The notes: generated by a model from the sequence alone, not told the origin. A DNA stretch of 64,000 bases, filler included, from Choristocarpus tenellus KU-1152 (GCA_964200185.2; 12 parts of 12 records of this genome joined end to end with filler, not necessarily neighbours in it), one strand, 5' to 3'; positions 39,688 through 53,791 are shown, numbered from the whole stretch's first letter. Numbers and translations are program-made.

Positions 39688-40664
39688 NNNNNNNNNNNNN
39701 NNNNNNNNNNNNNNNNNNNNNNNNNNNNNNNTTAATTAATTAANNNNNNNNNNNNNNNNNNNNNNNNNNNNNNNNNNNNNNNNNNNNCCCCCCCCCCCTG
39801 CCAGGTACTTCGAGCCCTGTAGAAAAATAAATAAATATTGTATGTCAAAGTTGAAGGACTGATAAGATGCACGAATAATCTCTACCAGGGAATCTTGTAT
39901 CACAGATTATGTACTGAGTACAACTCAGTGTTGAGGAAGATGTGCAAATCCTAATCATTTGCCAATATGACCTTTGTTAGCATACACACTCGATTTGTAA
40001 ATATCACTCACCGTTTTATCATTAGTGAACAACTTGTCCCTATGCATCAATAAAAATCATGGAGTGTCACTGATTTGTCCCTACCTCATCTTAGACAAAA
40101 ATCTTCCGTTATAATCTAACAGGATAGAACAATCGTGTACATATCTTACATTGTGAGTCCATAGAAAAAAAAAAGCCTTACGTAAAATCTTAACTTATAA
40201 TGAAACAAAGGCATGTTCAAGTCTTTGGTTACTTGTGCTGCTCAAATTACCTACAGTCAGTACTTGTTCTCTATTGTTCTACAGCATAAATAATATCACC
40301 TCCATTCCCAAACGGCCACCTTGTGGAAGTCATGACACTATGACTCCAGCGTGTCATGTACCCAGGCTCAATACTGGTATGGATTGCCCTTAACCTTATA
40401 AGTTGAAAAGAGCCAAACAAATTGAGAGGTAGGCAGGTTTGAACCCTTTGCATTATAAGTCATCTCTTTTACCCTATCCAGTACACTCTTTTTCACTGTT
40501 TTCTTTCACAGTAGTGAACGCAAAATCGATATTCCCCCTTTCGACACACAGACTGACGCTACAATTCAGCAAAGACCCTTTCTTCAGTGGTACGAAATTG
40601 TCTCTTTTTTTCCCTTCGTTCAGGATCTTAAACATGCAACCCTGCCTACCTCTCAGTTGGTTTG

Positions 40665-41285
40665 ACTCAAACATTTAACTCTATATTGGTGGAGAGTGCC
40701 CGCATATTGTTTATCGGTACCACTCTTCTTCTGTTGACAAGACCTACAATTGTTTTGTCGGTATAGCTCATCCTCTCCAAAACGTGTACAAATATTTATT
40801 GTACCACTCCCCCATCTACTACAAAACATGTGCAACAATTTGTCGTACCACTGACCAGTCTATCAAACAAGTACAACTGTTTTTCCGTACAACTCCCCCA
40901 TCGCGAAACATGTACAAACGGTTCCATGGTACAATGCATCGATTTGATGAGTCCTTGGCAACGACTTGTCCTTGCAAACACAAGTTGTACAAATCACAGT
41001 GTGTTGATTCGTCAGCATCTCACCATGTCATTGGCATTGGAATATATATCCCACACCACTCGCAAAAATATTGACGAGTACAAATCATGGAACCACAAAT
41101 GAAATAGTTTACTCCCGAGTCTTTGACTTGTAAGGATGTCCCCCAACGTGGATAACTCAGATTTACGATAGGAACAGCCACTCATTCGTTGGAACTTGTT
41201 TTGTACTCAACAAATCAGATTTGACATGTCCGACATGTGGCATCTAGACCTCAGGATCAAAATCTGTACAGATCATATTCCACCC
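40665..41285 (-). repeat. Degenerate Cys-rich coding repeat (homolog of 12170-12790)
   Basis: Minus-strand pieces [54 protein letters not shown] with stops and frameshifts. Confidence 0.7.
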
Positions 41286-42489
41286 CATGGTGGTCATGGG
41301 CAATTCGTGTTAATATTGTAGACTAGCAATGGAATTTGTATAAGTCTTGGAAGTGAAATGCACGACAAACAATATGGTGGACACAGTAGTTGGTTCATTG
41401 TCTACACACTATCAACCACTTACTGCACGACTAAAAGTGGAAGACCAGAAGAGGCCGAAGGGGATCACTTGAGCTGACAAACTTGAAATAGTGTTTAGCA
41501 GGGGGGAGTTTGACCACTCAAGGTGGTGTCGTGAAAATCGAAAATCACAGTTTTAGGGAGCAAAAGCAACAGGGAGCGCACCAGGAGGTTGAGCAAGGAG
41601 ATCTTCCCGAGGGTAAAAGAGCTCACAGAAGAAGAATGATGGACAGAGTAGGATGTTACAATTACCCAATCAACTCTAGTGGGATGCAAAGTACTTTGAC
41701 AAGCAATGCTTGTCTAAGTTACCCTCTGCACTTTGGCAATTCCGCAACGCAGTGAGTCAAAATTCAGCGCGTATGTTCTCAACGTAAGGAATTATTCTAT
41801 CGTACACTAAAACGGGCAAGTGTGAACCAATAGAATGTGAAGCTGCATGTGGATGCATGGGAGATTTCCAGATGGATGCATGAAAAAAACGTGTTAGTTA
41901 CACTACATACACAGCTAAGAACACCAATCGCCAAAATATCACACACATGATACACTTACAAATGAGCGCTTGCAACTTCTAACTATCACCTCACCCAAAC
42001 CGCCAAACAGCACAGAGGGTGTTCAAAATGTAGTACATATGTTCAAAAAAACTTCAGTATTGCACAAGGTTCGATATTCTAGTGGAGAAGCAGTAGTACA
42101 GTACTACTAATGCATTCCAATCAAATAGTGCAAACCTAAGGGTCGTCTCTCAGCTTCAGGTCTTGCCGAATCTGGTGGAAGTCTGGTAGGACGTATCTTT
42201 GTCACCATTTACTGTAACATACAATGTTTACTTCTAGTATTTAGGGTATATCCATGTGTACCAAATACAACGCGCGTGTGTACAGACAAGTACATCATAA
42301 CTACAACAGTGTATAATCAGGTTTGGGCTTCGCTAGATAAGCATACATGATAACTGTTTGGTATTCTCCCCCCAATCAGCTTAGCCTTCTGCGGGGAAAA
42401 AAGGCTACGTGTCCTAAGGATATGCCCGCGTATCATGCAGTTTGTGGGGAGTCCATCATTGTAGTCACTGTTGCCCGCTGAGCCCTAAC

Positions 42490-42998
42490 CTGCGTGAACT
42501 CCTTGGACTGCATGAAGCGTTGAAGTAAGTTTGCTTCTAGCATGTCACAGACTTCCTTGTAAGCTTGGGCGAATACTAACCTGAGGAGAATATTATTGAT
42601 TCCAGCAAGTTCAAGAGCCGAAACATTGAGAGGATGAATTGTGGTGAATATTGGTTCAATCGAGACAGACAGATGTGATCCATTGCAGTGATTAAATAAA
42701 TTTGTTGGTGCCGCTTCCGCTACGGGTGGGTGAGAGGGAGCAAAGTGAAATTTACAGTCACAAAATGAGTACCCATATATGTCATCATTTCAGGCATTGT
42801 TTCCTTCGCATGTCTGGTGCCGATGAAATGCGAAAGATAGAAAAGAAAGAGGTTAAGAGGAGACACCTGGTATTGCTGACTACTTTAATCAAAGTTGCAT
42901 TCCAAAGCAGTCCTCACCGCCTCTCTTCATCAGCCATGTATGAAAAAAATGGCAGTCCAGCACAAGAGATGTCCAGTATCGCCTTCTTGTCTCTGGAG
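42490..42998 (-). CDS. RGS (regulator of G-protein signalling) domain C-terminal exons 42998-42918 and 42580-42490; 5' part outside contig
   Basis: Spliced SRDKKAILDISCAGLPFFSYMADEERR|LVFAQAYKEVCDMLEANLLQRFMQSKEFTQ matches RGS terminal helices F..A...V...ME....RF..S..F/Y. Confidence 0.6.
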
Positions 42999-43494
42999 CT
43001 GGGCAGAATTAACCATACAGTTTTAAATTGTAGTCCCTTTGATCATTCTCAAAGGTCAAACATGATATCTGTACTTTGGAGAATGTAAAATTAACATCCG
43101 GGCAAGTGGCTACCTCATCTGAACGATCACTGGTGTTCCGGGTTGTTTATTCAATTGTACAATTTAATTCACCATTTTAGAACACGATACTGGTGTGTAG
43201 GCGTAAGAACAAGGAGGGGATGCTATTTTGTAGTCACTGTGAAAAATGCCATTTTTCGAGTGTGAGAGGTAGGAAGGCTAGGTAACAATTTTTGAGAGTA
43301 TGTTTTGAGGTGTCAGTAGCAACGGTGACACTCACTCTTTCAAGTGGCTCAAAGTATCTGGCAGGGGGTGGCGGCTGTCCATTTGGGGTCAATTNNNNNN
43401 NNNNNNNNNNNNNNNNNNNNNNNNNNNNNNNNNNNNNNTTAATTAATTAANNNNNNNNNNNNNNNNNNNNNNNNNNNNNNNNNNNNNNNNNNNN

Positions 43495-44420
43495 CCTGTA
43501 GCCGGCATGCCAGATCCCCCCTGTCGAATTTAAACTCACCACCAGCAGATCCCTAGGGAGAGAGGAGGCCCTATCGAACAGGTGCCCGGTGACTGGTTGC
43601 AGTAGGCAAAATATAGACACTAGATATGCACGTACCTGCCCTAGGGCAGGAGGGCAGGTTCGCCAACATACAGTGATGGTGAAGCGTCTGGGTCAACTTT
43701 GCAAAGGAATTGGACATCCCTTGCACTATGGAGGATGGTAGCCCATTTACAGTAGATAGGAATTTCCACGTGGATCTGGTCCCTACTGAGACAAAGGCCT
43801 CCTCCTAGACGTTACGTTTGCAGAAGTTTAAGCAGCCTCCCATCTGCCCCACTCATCCACCAGCAATGGTGTAGCTGCTGTTGCAGTTGAGGCGCGAAAG
43901 CGCACCCACTACGAGGGATCATTTGCCTCTCATAGTCATAACCTCAACACCTTCACGGTGGGAAGTTTTGGGTGTCTCGGCAAGCAAGTGGAAAGTTTTC
44001 TGGATGAGCTAGCTATGCACGCGGTAGGGGGGAGAGGGACAGGAGGCTATAGTAGGAAAGGGGCTGTCAAATCCCGTCTACGCCAGATAGTCTCAGTCAC
44101 AACACAAGTAGCCCTATCAAGATGTGTCATGCGTTTTAATCTGGAGAAACCAAGGAGATGGGCAAGGAGGGGCTTGTTAGTTTCTTGGGATGGCTTCCCT
44201 AGCTCCTCACCCTGCGGTGCAGGACTAAGCTAGGTTGGAGGCACAGGAAGGCAGTGGTGCAGCATAGCTGGCAGTAAAGTAGTAAATTGATCAATGTCTT
44301 TAACATTTACAACAACTGTTACTTTTTTCGGGATTTTTCTGATACTCAAATAGTTTTCATTGGTTTTTCCGCTGACACATCTCCAAAATGTTAGAGGGCA
44401 TAATAATTATTATTATTATA
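43495..44420 (+). mobile_element. CRE-like non-LTR retrotransposon 3' part (zinc knuckle plus restriction-like endonuclease)
   Basis: CPVTGCSRQNIDTRYARTCP..QVRQH (degenerate CCHC knuckle), E...R.D, LLLDVT, AA...EARKRTHY, TVGSFGCLGKQVESFLDELA, then a 3' UTR ending in a (taa/tat)n tail. Confidence 0.82.
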
Positions 44421-46145
44421 AGAACAATGACGTGAGTGGTGTGATGTCAGTTGATGAGGGTAAGAAGAGTGGGTAATAAATTTGTCTAGAATTCGTAACC
44501 AAGACAAAAAATCGGTATGAAATGTATTTTTTTTATAATTTCGTCTCTTCATGGAAGTCCTCAAACAGCATATGCGCTCTCATCCCATACCCATAATAAC
44601 GAACCCAAATGACGCTATCTCATTGAAATAGGCATAAAAAAGGTACATGGAAAGTACCTTTTTTTGATGAGATTGGTTTAACCAGTCACAGGTAACCCTT
44701 CAACATTTCTTCTTTGAAGTCTTACGTGTTTTTCCCTTTTGATTTCTCAGAATTCCTATCTCATCCTCTCATCTCACGGAAAAAGGACCTATACGAGGAG
44801 ACGGGCAAAGAAGCAAGAGTCCGTATCGCCTTCTCTACACTACGCCAAAAACTGACGTTAATAATAGTACTTTGGAGTAATAGATACCTATCTATGAGTA
44901 TGTATGTCACAAAAAGGAGGTTACTACTGTTCTGAATGATGTTGGGCTGTTGTGTACTTCAGTCTCTCATGACTTCTGTTCAGAAATAAAGAAAACTTGT
45001 AGTAGTAACATTATTCCAACTACTGTTGTAGACATGTCTAACGACCAACAACAGGACAAGTCTTGCCCATTAAATAATACCGAAACGCAAAAAGGATAAC
45101 GACAATGTATTGCACGCAATGTATACAGCTATGATAGAACCAAACAAATCAATGCGCAATTCACAGAAAAAAGAAGCACAACCTCCATGAACCCAAATGG
45201 ACGTTCCAGAAAAGTCTGGCTATTGTAAACAATGGGGGGCTCCTACAAGAGGAATGAGCTCAATTCCCAGAGTTCTCACCCAAAACACAGAGATGTTTGT
45301 GCATGCTTGTGTTTCGGAGCTTGTGAGGCAAAAGACTCTTAACTGATTCCTCCTTTTTCCCTGCTCTTCTCACACCTATGCACCTAATACAATATCTGCG
45401 AGGAAAAACTGTACTACCGTCGCAATGACTGCTTTGTGAAATCTTTTCCAGCAATCCTGTCCCCCTGTCAGTCTGCAGTGTGCATCACTCTTAGACACTC
45501 CCCTTGCTCTAAACCTGTGGGGACAAAGCCTCCAGCAGTAACATAATAAATAGCTTCCTTGTCCATCAGCCACCTACATCACAATCATACTATTTGTAAT
45601 TCCTTACACCTTTGGTTGAAAATCCCAGCTAGGTGACTCACCCGGGCTCCTGTGGTAACGACAGACTATTATTATTAAGAGTAACCTAGTGCTCACCCAC
45701 AACAGCAGCAGGGTTGTAGATAGTCAGTCTCTCACCAATTTTGCCACATTCTGGCCCACTTATGCATGGACCCTGTACGATGATTTCCACATGTTGTCAA
45801 AACCAGTCATGACCCTCTCCTCTACTTAATTCGATCCTCCATATATCGCCCTAAAAGGGAGGCAACAGGCACCAAAATTTGTGAAAGGAGTATCATATGG
45901 ACTAACATCATACTGCTGTCCAACTGCCGTTTTCACGATGTTTCTACCACATCTCTGCCATACATTACTGGTTTTGGGAGTCAAGGAGCCCCTGTAATTC
46001 AAAGTCTAGGTTTCCTCAGGCGTCACAATTATGCTCCTTGGCAGGCACTCACTATGTCTTGTAGCACTTCATAATGTTTCTCCTTCATACCCTCTCTGAG
46101 GCAACCGTATCTTGATTTATCCCTATGCATACTATGGACAAAAAA

Positions 46146-48587
46146 TTACTCGTTCTTAGCAATGCTATTGTTCTCATCGGGGTCATTCTCGCTCTCCCCC
46201 TCCACCACCTTGTCATCTGGAGAAGCTGCCCGTTTCGCCAAGAAAGTGATCATGCCCCGTTTTACCTGGGGAGTGGGAGGGGGGAATACAATAACAGCAA
46301 ATTGCAAGGACCGATATGATGTGTTCAGGGCTGGTCAACAGTCCAAGCGGCGGACAGGTGTTCTACTCTCCTTAAGGGTTCTAGTCTGCAAAATGTTACC
46401 CCCCCATTTCTGAAGCTTTCATTCTCACCACCACATGACTAAGGAGGTACCACCAAGCTGGTCAAAACCTGAGGAAGAAGAATCGCTGCGGCCTTCCAAG
46501 TACCTAGATGAAGTGACATGGATACTCTATGCCATACTACGACAAACAGTGTGAACTTCAAGCGTGAAGATTGCAGTACAAATTATGACAATAGAAGGTA
46601 CAACAGACAGGTACTGCAGCAGTGAGAAATCAGAATGCGATGATCTTCCAATTGGATTCTTAAAGCGCCACCAGTTCCTATTGTTGCCTATCCATAGAGG
46701 TAATAAAACAATACCTCCCTTAACTGAACCCGTCCAAGCTCTTTCCCCCAACTTCAAAGACCTGCCCCAACCAAGACAAACAGCAAGAGACAAGCTATTC
46801 CCAAGCCCTCCTCCTCTGCCATTCACAGTTCGCCACAGATTGGTCCTGTAACCAACCCCAGTTGCTTGTCTCACCCGTTCAGGTACTGCATCAGCAGACT
46901 TGGCCAAAAGCCACTGCACTATTACACCTCTTGTTCTTCGGATTGATACCGCCACCTCCTTGAACTTGGGTCGGAACACGCCTCCCCCACCCCCCAACGG
47001 CATTGGCACGGCTGCATAGACCGGAACTGAACACCCTTCTTCACCACATTCCAAAGCTTGGAGTGCAAACTTTTCCCACTGCATTACCAAGCACCAGTAA
47101 CAGAGTCAACAGTGGATGTTGGGGAGGCAGAGTGCGCAATGTGGTGGGGGCACATTGCAGGCTCTTTTCTTGCCAAGTCATTGCAATTTTACATTCCCAC
47201 AACAACGGCCATTGTTAATACGGCGATTCAGATTATCGATGTGTAATATACCATCATCAGTCATGGAACAAAAAATATGTATCACAGTACAACATGCAAA
47301 TCACAAGTGTGGGGAGGTCCCTGGATACTTTCCAAACAAACACCAAAATGCAGAGGAATACTGCACAACACTGTGGTCCCTGCTTTGAAGGTCAGCAACA
47401 CAGGGATACAAAGGCAGGACTTACCCTTGCAGCCAGATTCCAACGGATCCCTAGTGTGGCTGCGATACCCTTGATCATCACTGTGGCACGTCCCATGAGC
47501 ACCAACTCTTGTGGGAACGACTTGAGCTGTTTCAAGGGAGAATTGCTGCAGGTGACAAGATGGAAGGGGCATTTGGACCTATTAGTATCAGCATGCATGT
47601 TTGAGGAACTGTAAAAAAGAGACGGCACAGAAAAAAGAACTGAAACAGTGGGAAGTCAGTTGGTGGCAACCTAGTGAACTAAACCTATTCTTACAGCACA
47701 GGCATTCATGCTACCATTGAATGCAGACATCACTAACTGTACCACATACCAACACCCACTTCACGCTCACTAACCAAGCATGAGGACAACAAATTTTGCA
47801 CAGGGTGGGGACTGCTCGTAAAAACATGAGATGAAAACATAGAACGCACTTCATGACAGTTTCAAAAATAAACAAAAAGAGTACATCAGCGTTCTCCTGC
47901 CGTCTACCCTGAATAGTTCCGGACACAGAAGAGGTACGGGTGTCCCCACTAGGTCAAAGCACTTACTCGTATAAAAGGAAAAGCTAGTAATAAAAAAGTT
48001 GTAACGTTATTACAAAAAAGATAATACTGTGACCTACCCCCCCAAAAAACGCACATAGTTACCATGACATGGAAGGGGGGCAGGAGATTGATAATAATAA
48101 TAATAATAATAATGATGACACACACACACACTGCAATAAAAAAAGTAGCATCATCCAATCACAACACAAAAAAAATCTTCACGTAAAAAAAGAAAAGAAA
48201 ACCCCCTCAAGCCTGACACAACAGCACGGATTAATCCTCAATCAAGCAGCAGCTGCTGGAATGATGCAAAATCAACGCATCCTCTGACCCGGACAGGATA
48301 ACATCACCAGCAGGTGTTCTCTATATCACACCAATGACTACGACCTTCGGCCAGTCATGTCAAAACAAAGCTTCCAGCAAAAAAGTCTCTAGGCATATCT
48401 GTTGACCACAGCGTCAACGTTGCTCTTCTTGACACTCTCATCCATCTCCAGCCCCATACCTGCTCATCTCGTTAGTGTCATAGCCCCCAGGCAACTCCAT
48501 ACCACCTGGACCAAAAAGCAGGATGGCAGTGGCTGCCAACGCATCATCTCCAGCCCCATCAAAAACTGTAACTCCAAACGCCTTCAC
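46146..48587 (-). CDS. ABC1/UbiB (AarF) atypical kinase, 3' exons 48587-48460, 47545-47425, 47078-46875, 46265-46146
   Basis: VKAFGVTV...LLFG...EMS|SNSPLKQLKSFPQELVLMGRATVMIKGIAATLGIRWNLAAR|WEKFALQAL matches the ABC1K C-terminus FP.EL..V.R....L.G....LG.......W...A..AL. Phases are consistent. Confidence 0.75.
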
Positions 48588-48808
48588 CTGGGTATCAAAA
48601 TCCAAACAAAGTGTTGCAACAAAGACGCATCCCAGATAGGGGGGGGGGGCAGTGGCGGTGGTGGTGGAGGGGCAGGGGGGANNNNNNNNNNNNNNNNNNN
48701 NNNNNNNNNNNNNNNNNNNNNNNNNTTAATTAATTAANNNNNNNNNNNNNNNNNNNNNNNNNNNNNNNNNNNNNNNNNNNNGTTGTGTTTTGGTGTTTTT
48801 TTTTTTGT

Positions 48809-48842
<34 letters not shown>

Positions 48843-49362
48843 AGGGGAGGATGCGCCATTGTGAACTAGGGGCTTGACTTTGCATGCAGTGTGAACCCGA
48901 TCGATAGGACCTTATAATGTGTTTTGGGTGGGGGTGACTGTCACATTGCTACGGCAAAGAATGTTTTTTGTTTGTTTGTAAGAACCAGTGCCTGTGAACT
49001 TCAATGCACTGTGTTGTACAGTATGGACCGTTGTGTACCCCCAATCAAGGTACAGAACCCCATCAAAACCACACGAGGTATTCAAAGGTCACCACTCTCC
49101 ATGCACCTGCTGAACCTAATGGTACAAAAACTGAGAAATTAAAATGTACCTCATGCAGAAGGTTGGTCCACACACTATGCTACAGTGTCCTGTTGAGACA
49201 CACTCGCCGGTTACCTCTCAGTAGTCTACACCATATCCCCACCCTCAACCCTATGACAAACCTAATCAGCACTTGCATCACAGCATGGCAGAAACATATG
49301 TTATCTCAATGCACCCCATGATGCCCCCTCCATCCCCCACCTCAAACAACAAGCCACCCTAC

Positions 49363-51446
49363 CTCAAGGAGGGATTGGGCAAGCGCAGCACCCTGCATGG
49401 GGTCCGTCCCACTGCCCATCTCGTCCATGAGCACCAGGGCACCTGCTCTAGCACCCTCAAGTACTGCCTTAGCCACCTTGTTTGTGAAGATGTGGGATAT
49501 GGTTAACGATGCAGTGCGCAAGGGTCCTCCCATGATTTAGAAACCTGAGCATCAATAATGCAAGGAACCCAATCTATAAATAACAAGGTGTACACCCATT
49601 CTATCTGTGCTCAATCTTGGAAGTGGTACTTTAAAGTAATTCAAGTACTTCGAGGAAATTTGGTACCACAGAAAGAGGACTCAAGCACACTGCTGCAGTA
49701 CTAAGATGCTAGTTTTTTATTTTATGTATGAAAGGGTAACTTCTATGGTCCTACTCTGGTACCTAGTGTGCTTGGTCCATGCTTGTAGATAACCTGGGGT
49801 ATATATCAAAGTGCAATGAAATCACTTTTCGAACTTCAGAACAGTAGTCTATGTGTGTTTGTGTGTTTGTTTGCTCTGCCAAAGGGCAACACACAGCAAC
49901 CACCCGCTTGACTCCCAAGCACGGCACGCACTATATACTTAACTACACATGCTTCAAACCCATAAACATTTCAAACATAACCACAGAGACAACTTCCTGA
50001 CATATGTTAGCGTAAGACAAATCATGACACGCAGCTACAGTTTCACATCACCTCCGGTTTCCAAATCTCACCTCTCTTGATCACACTACAGAGGCATGCC
50101 AACAGGACATGCCTTCCAATCGGGAGGTGGGACGGGAGTTGGGGGCATCCACTTCAACACACTGATATTCCAACAATTCAAGTGATATTCCAGAACCATT
50201 CCAACAATTCAAGTATGATACGGTGGTGGTGGTGGTGGTGGGGGTATGCCACTACAACAGTACCTTGTCACTGAGAAACATATCCCTCTACAAGTTCATT
50301 TATTCACGTTCCCTCCACTAACCCCTGCCTCTCGAGCTTACCACTAGATGTCCACTAAAGGTGGAGAGGTCTCCTGTAACACTCTGCAGGTCACCTATGT
50401 CTGCAAGAACAGGGTCAAACAGGTCCACCCTAGCTCCAGAGTACGCCGGTATTGGTATGCCCGTGCGTGTCATCAGAGCGACAAGGCCAAGGGTCTTGAG
50501 GACAACGGTCTTTCCCCCTGAATGAGCAACATAGAAGGGCATTATATATTGTTATGTAGTATATAGTACAATAATAAGAACAATTATGCACACAGATACA
50601 CACACACACAGACACACACCAATAGGTTGGCTTGGAAGGAGTTTGAGAGTGAAGAGAGGGGGTCTCTTGGGGCGGTGATTTGTATGTCATGAAGGTATGA
50701 GAGTGGATATGGGGCAGGAAAGGAGGAGACTGTAGTGGACTTGCCACATAAATGGTTTTCTGATCTAAGCAACATCATTGTATCATTGCATCATCCCATC
50801 AGAGAGTGAAAGTACTCCAATCCTCAATCTTACTTATTAAGGAGGGCTGTCATAACATCACTTCGTCATACTCCTATCTCCAACCCCAATACCTCACTCT
50901 AAAATGTGGTTTTAATCATTCAAACAAGTAATTGAGCTGTCAATCGCTCCCAGAACGTGACTCTCAGTCAGATTATTTTTCTTTAAAAAGACGTCATGAA
51001 TGAACCGTCCCAGTCTTGGTTTGTTTGAACTTGGTTGCTTTCGACAAAAGACAAACCAGGACTCATTATTCGTTTAGAAAAAATGAAGCAAACAGAATAA
51101 AATATACAAAAAAAATACAGCATTATCACTGTAACAACAATAAAGCCACATCCCAATGCCAAAAAAAGGTAACTTGAACACCTTACTAAATTAAGTACGA
51201 CAAAAAAGGTAAATTGAACACACCTTACTGAACCAAGTGTGACAAGAGCGACTCTTTCCCACCGAATGAAGGGTGTCTTGATCAAAACCAAGAGGCCACT
51301 AGTTAGTTACCTGCATTAGGCCCTGTGAGTACCAGCGCCTGAGTGTCCTCATCCACAGTGAGGTCGTTCCCCACTGGCTCCTTCCCTCGGAGCAGGAGCA
51401 CAGGGTGTCGTGCATTCAAGAGGCGTATTTGGCTTTCGTTACCAAC
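49363..51446 (-). CDS. mutS2: MutS2-family ATPase, internal exons 51446-51311, 50517-50342, 49476-49363
   Basis: ARHPVLL, Walker A LTGPNAG|GKTVVLKTLGL, ADIGDLQSVTGDLSTFSGHL and Walker B LVLMDEMGSGTDPMQGAALA are MutS2 signatures. Confidence 0.92.
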
Positions 51447-52602
51447 CTGACATTACAAAAAAAAAACAAGGGTTAGGGCAGAAATTTTTAGTAAAAAAAA
51501 CGAGAGACAAAATGATGAGTTGAAAAAGTAACTTGAAAACAAGGGTTAGGGCAGAAATTTTTAGTGTATTGTACGAGTGACCGTGTGATGATTTGAAAAA
51601 TTATCTGCAGTTCGGTGTAGTCAACCCTAACCCTAAGAAAAAAAACGTCGAATGAAAAATTCCAGGTAGGAAGTCAACGTTGAACATGAGTAGAGGTCAA
51701 CTCAAGGGGACCTTTTTAGTCCGGAGGAGGAGAAGACGCTGGCGACAGCGGAAGCAGCACGACAAGCTCTGACAACTGACAAGTGCAGGTGATTCAAGTA
51801 CAACAACCAGCAGGTTGAAGTATGCACTAGAATAGTACAGCTACATTAAAGCTACAGCTGCATGAATGGAGACAACAAATAGAAGACACCAATAGTGTGC
51901 ACTACAAAAAGAGAGCACACATCTCTGGGACACAAGGCATGTTCACATATACAAGTGTGTACAATGTTCTTGAGGGGATACAAGTCTTTCTCGACCAATG
52001 TGTTGTGAGCTCTGGCCTGTTTCTTAACACGCCCCAGTTTGGCCCTTGTACTTCAAACTGGTGATGAAAATCGTGACGCCTGAACTACACCATCATTACA
52101 GGTATGTTCAGCCTTTTCTGAAAAACTATGACGATGCCCCCCCCCCCCCCCCAATTTTTTTTTTCAANNNNNNNNNNNNNNNNNNNNNNNNNNNNNNNNN
52201 NNNNNNNNNNNTTAATTAATTAANNNNNNNNNNNNNNNNNNNNNNNNNNNNNNNNNNNNNNNNNNNNGGGTTGTGGGGTGCAGCAAGAGGGGGGGGGGGG
52301 GGGGGGGGGGGGGACCCTCCCCAGAGGAGGGGGGGGAGTGGCCTCATCTTTGGAGGACCTTTGGTGCACTGGACTGCGGTGAGGGAGTGCTGGAAAGGGT
52401 GCTATTCCTAAATCACCCTAATGGAGATCCAAGTGAAGCATTTGACTCACTATTTGTAGATGAGAGCCTGCACTAGTGGGTCAGTGATTTCCCCTGAGCT
52501 CTTGAGTGGCGATATTTCAAGGTGGAAAATAAATACGAAAGGTTTATATTTTGGATAGGCAACTTGATTCCTGATGCAAAGGTAGCTGGCACTTTTTCCT
52601 GT

Positions 52603-52913
52603 GGCTCAAAGTATCTGAGGGGGGGGGGGGGGGGGGGGGTTCTTTTGTTGAGGCATCTGGGGGGGGGGTGGGAAAGGGTTTTNNNNNNNNNNCGAGTGTT
52701 TATGTTTTTCTGTTGTGGGAAGGGAAGTGTGGGGGGGGGGGGGGGGGGGGGGGGGGATCTACACCAGGGTGTTCATTCCGACCTTGGCCAGCAGAAGTGT
52801 ACTAATATTATCCATCTGACACATGCAATCAAATTCGCCCAAGAATCGTGACTTGGAAAAATGGACCCGAATGTACAGCCGCCACCCCCCCTCCCCCCAG
52901 ATACTTTTGAGCC
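52603..52913 (-). mobile_element. MITE family B with both TIRs (internal poly-G and 10-N gap)
   Basis: ggctcaaagtatctg ... cagatacttttgagcc, flanked by tgt/tgt. Confidence 0.75.
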
Positions 52914-53791
52914 TGTTGAGAATTTGATGCAGGTTCAAGTCAAAATTGTACAATTCTTATGAATAGCATACCTGCAATGCCGAAATCATATGCCGCAGTT
53001 GTACCAAGAACAACCAGGGCTTCCCATTCTTTAAGGTTTGAGGCAGCACACAAACTGGCGCTGGCTGCTTGTGCCTAGCACGTTATCAATCTAGGGCATC
53101 TCAAGTGGAAACAAGAATACACTCTTTTTTTTTGTTAAATTGGACCACCCGGTGACCCCCCATTCCAGTCACCACCCCTATCACCTGCTAAACAGTCCCT
53201 GGAAGCAGAGCACTCAACCATCAGCATCCCTTCCTGGTAATACAAACTACTATGCCTCCCCCATCCTCATACCTCGCCATCCCCCATGTTGTTACTTTGA
53301 TGGTGTGGTGCTGTTGGATTTGTAGGTTAGACTGTAGCCCGATTATTGCTGTCCTCCCTCTCCTTCTGTGTGTCTGTGTGTGTGTCTGTCCCCCCCCCCC
53401 GACTGTATTGCACTATCATGACATCGTAGTCACCGTGGCCACCATCGTTCCTCACATGTAACACACAGACATGTTGACATACTACTATTAATGTTAATGT
53501 TAATAGATACCCAACCTTGACGAGGGTATGATGCAATGAGGGAAGAGCGGCATAGCGAATGGCATGCTGTCTATATTGGCCTTCTGTGATGGACAGGATT
53601 GTTTTCGTTTCGTTAAATTGTTTCCATAATTCAACCGTTGGTGCTTGTACATACAACCTCTATTGCCATGGGTACACACATAATGTTTGAGGACATGAAC
53701 AAAGTACTAGCATGAGTATAACAAAATTGTCCTACTTTATATGCTGTAAATAGCATGAGTATAATGCATACATACATTCACAACATAACAG

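Noticed and set aside
45376-45775. Exon-like pieces (WLMDKEAIYYVTAGG; 8-nt micro-exon candidate near 45643-45650)
   Set aside because: Splice phases conflict and no product is identifiable.
51465-51640. Telomere-like gggttaggg/ccctaaccct motifs and a 30-bp direct repeat
   Set aside because: Isolated motifs inside a MutS2 intron, not a telomeric array.
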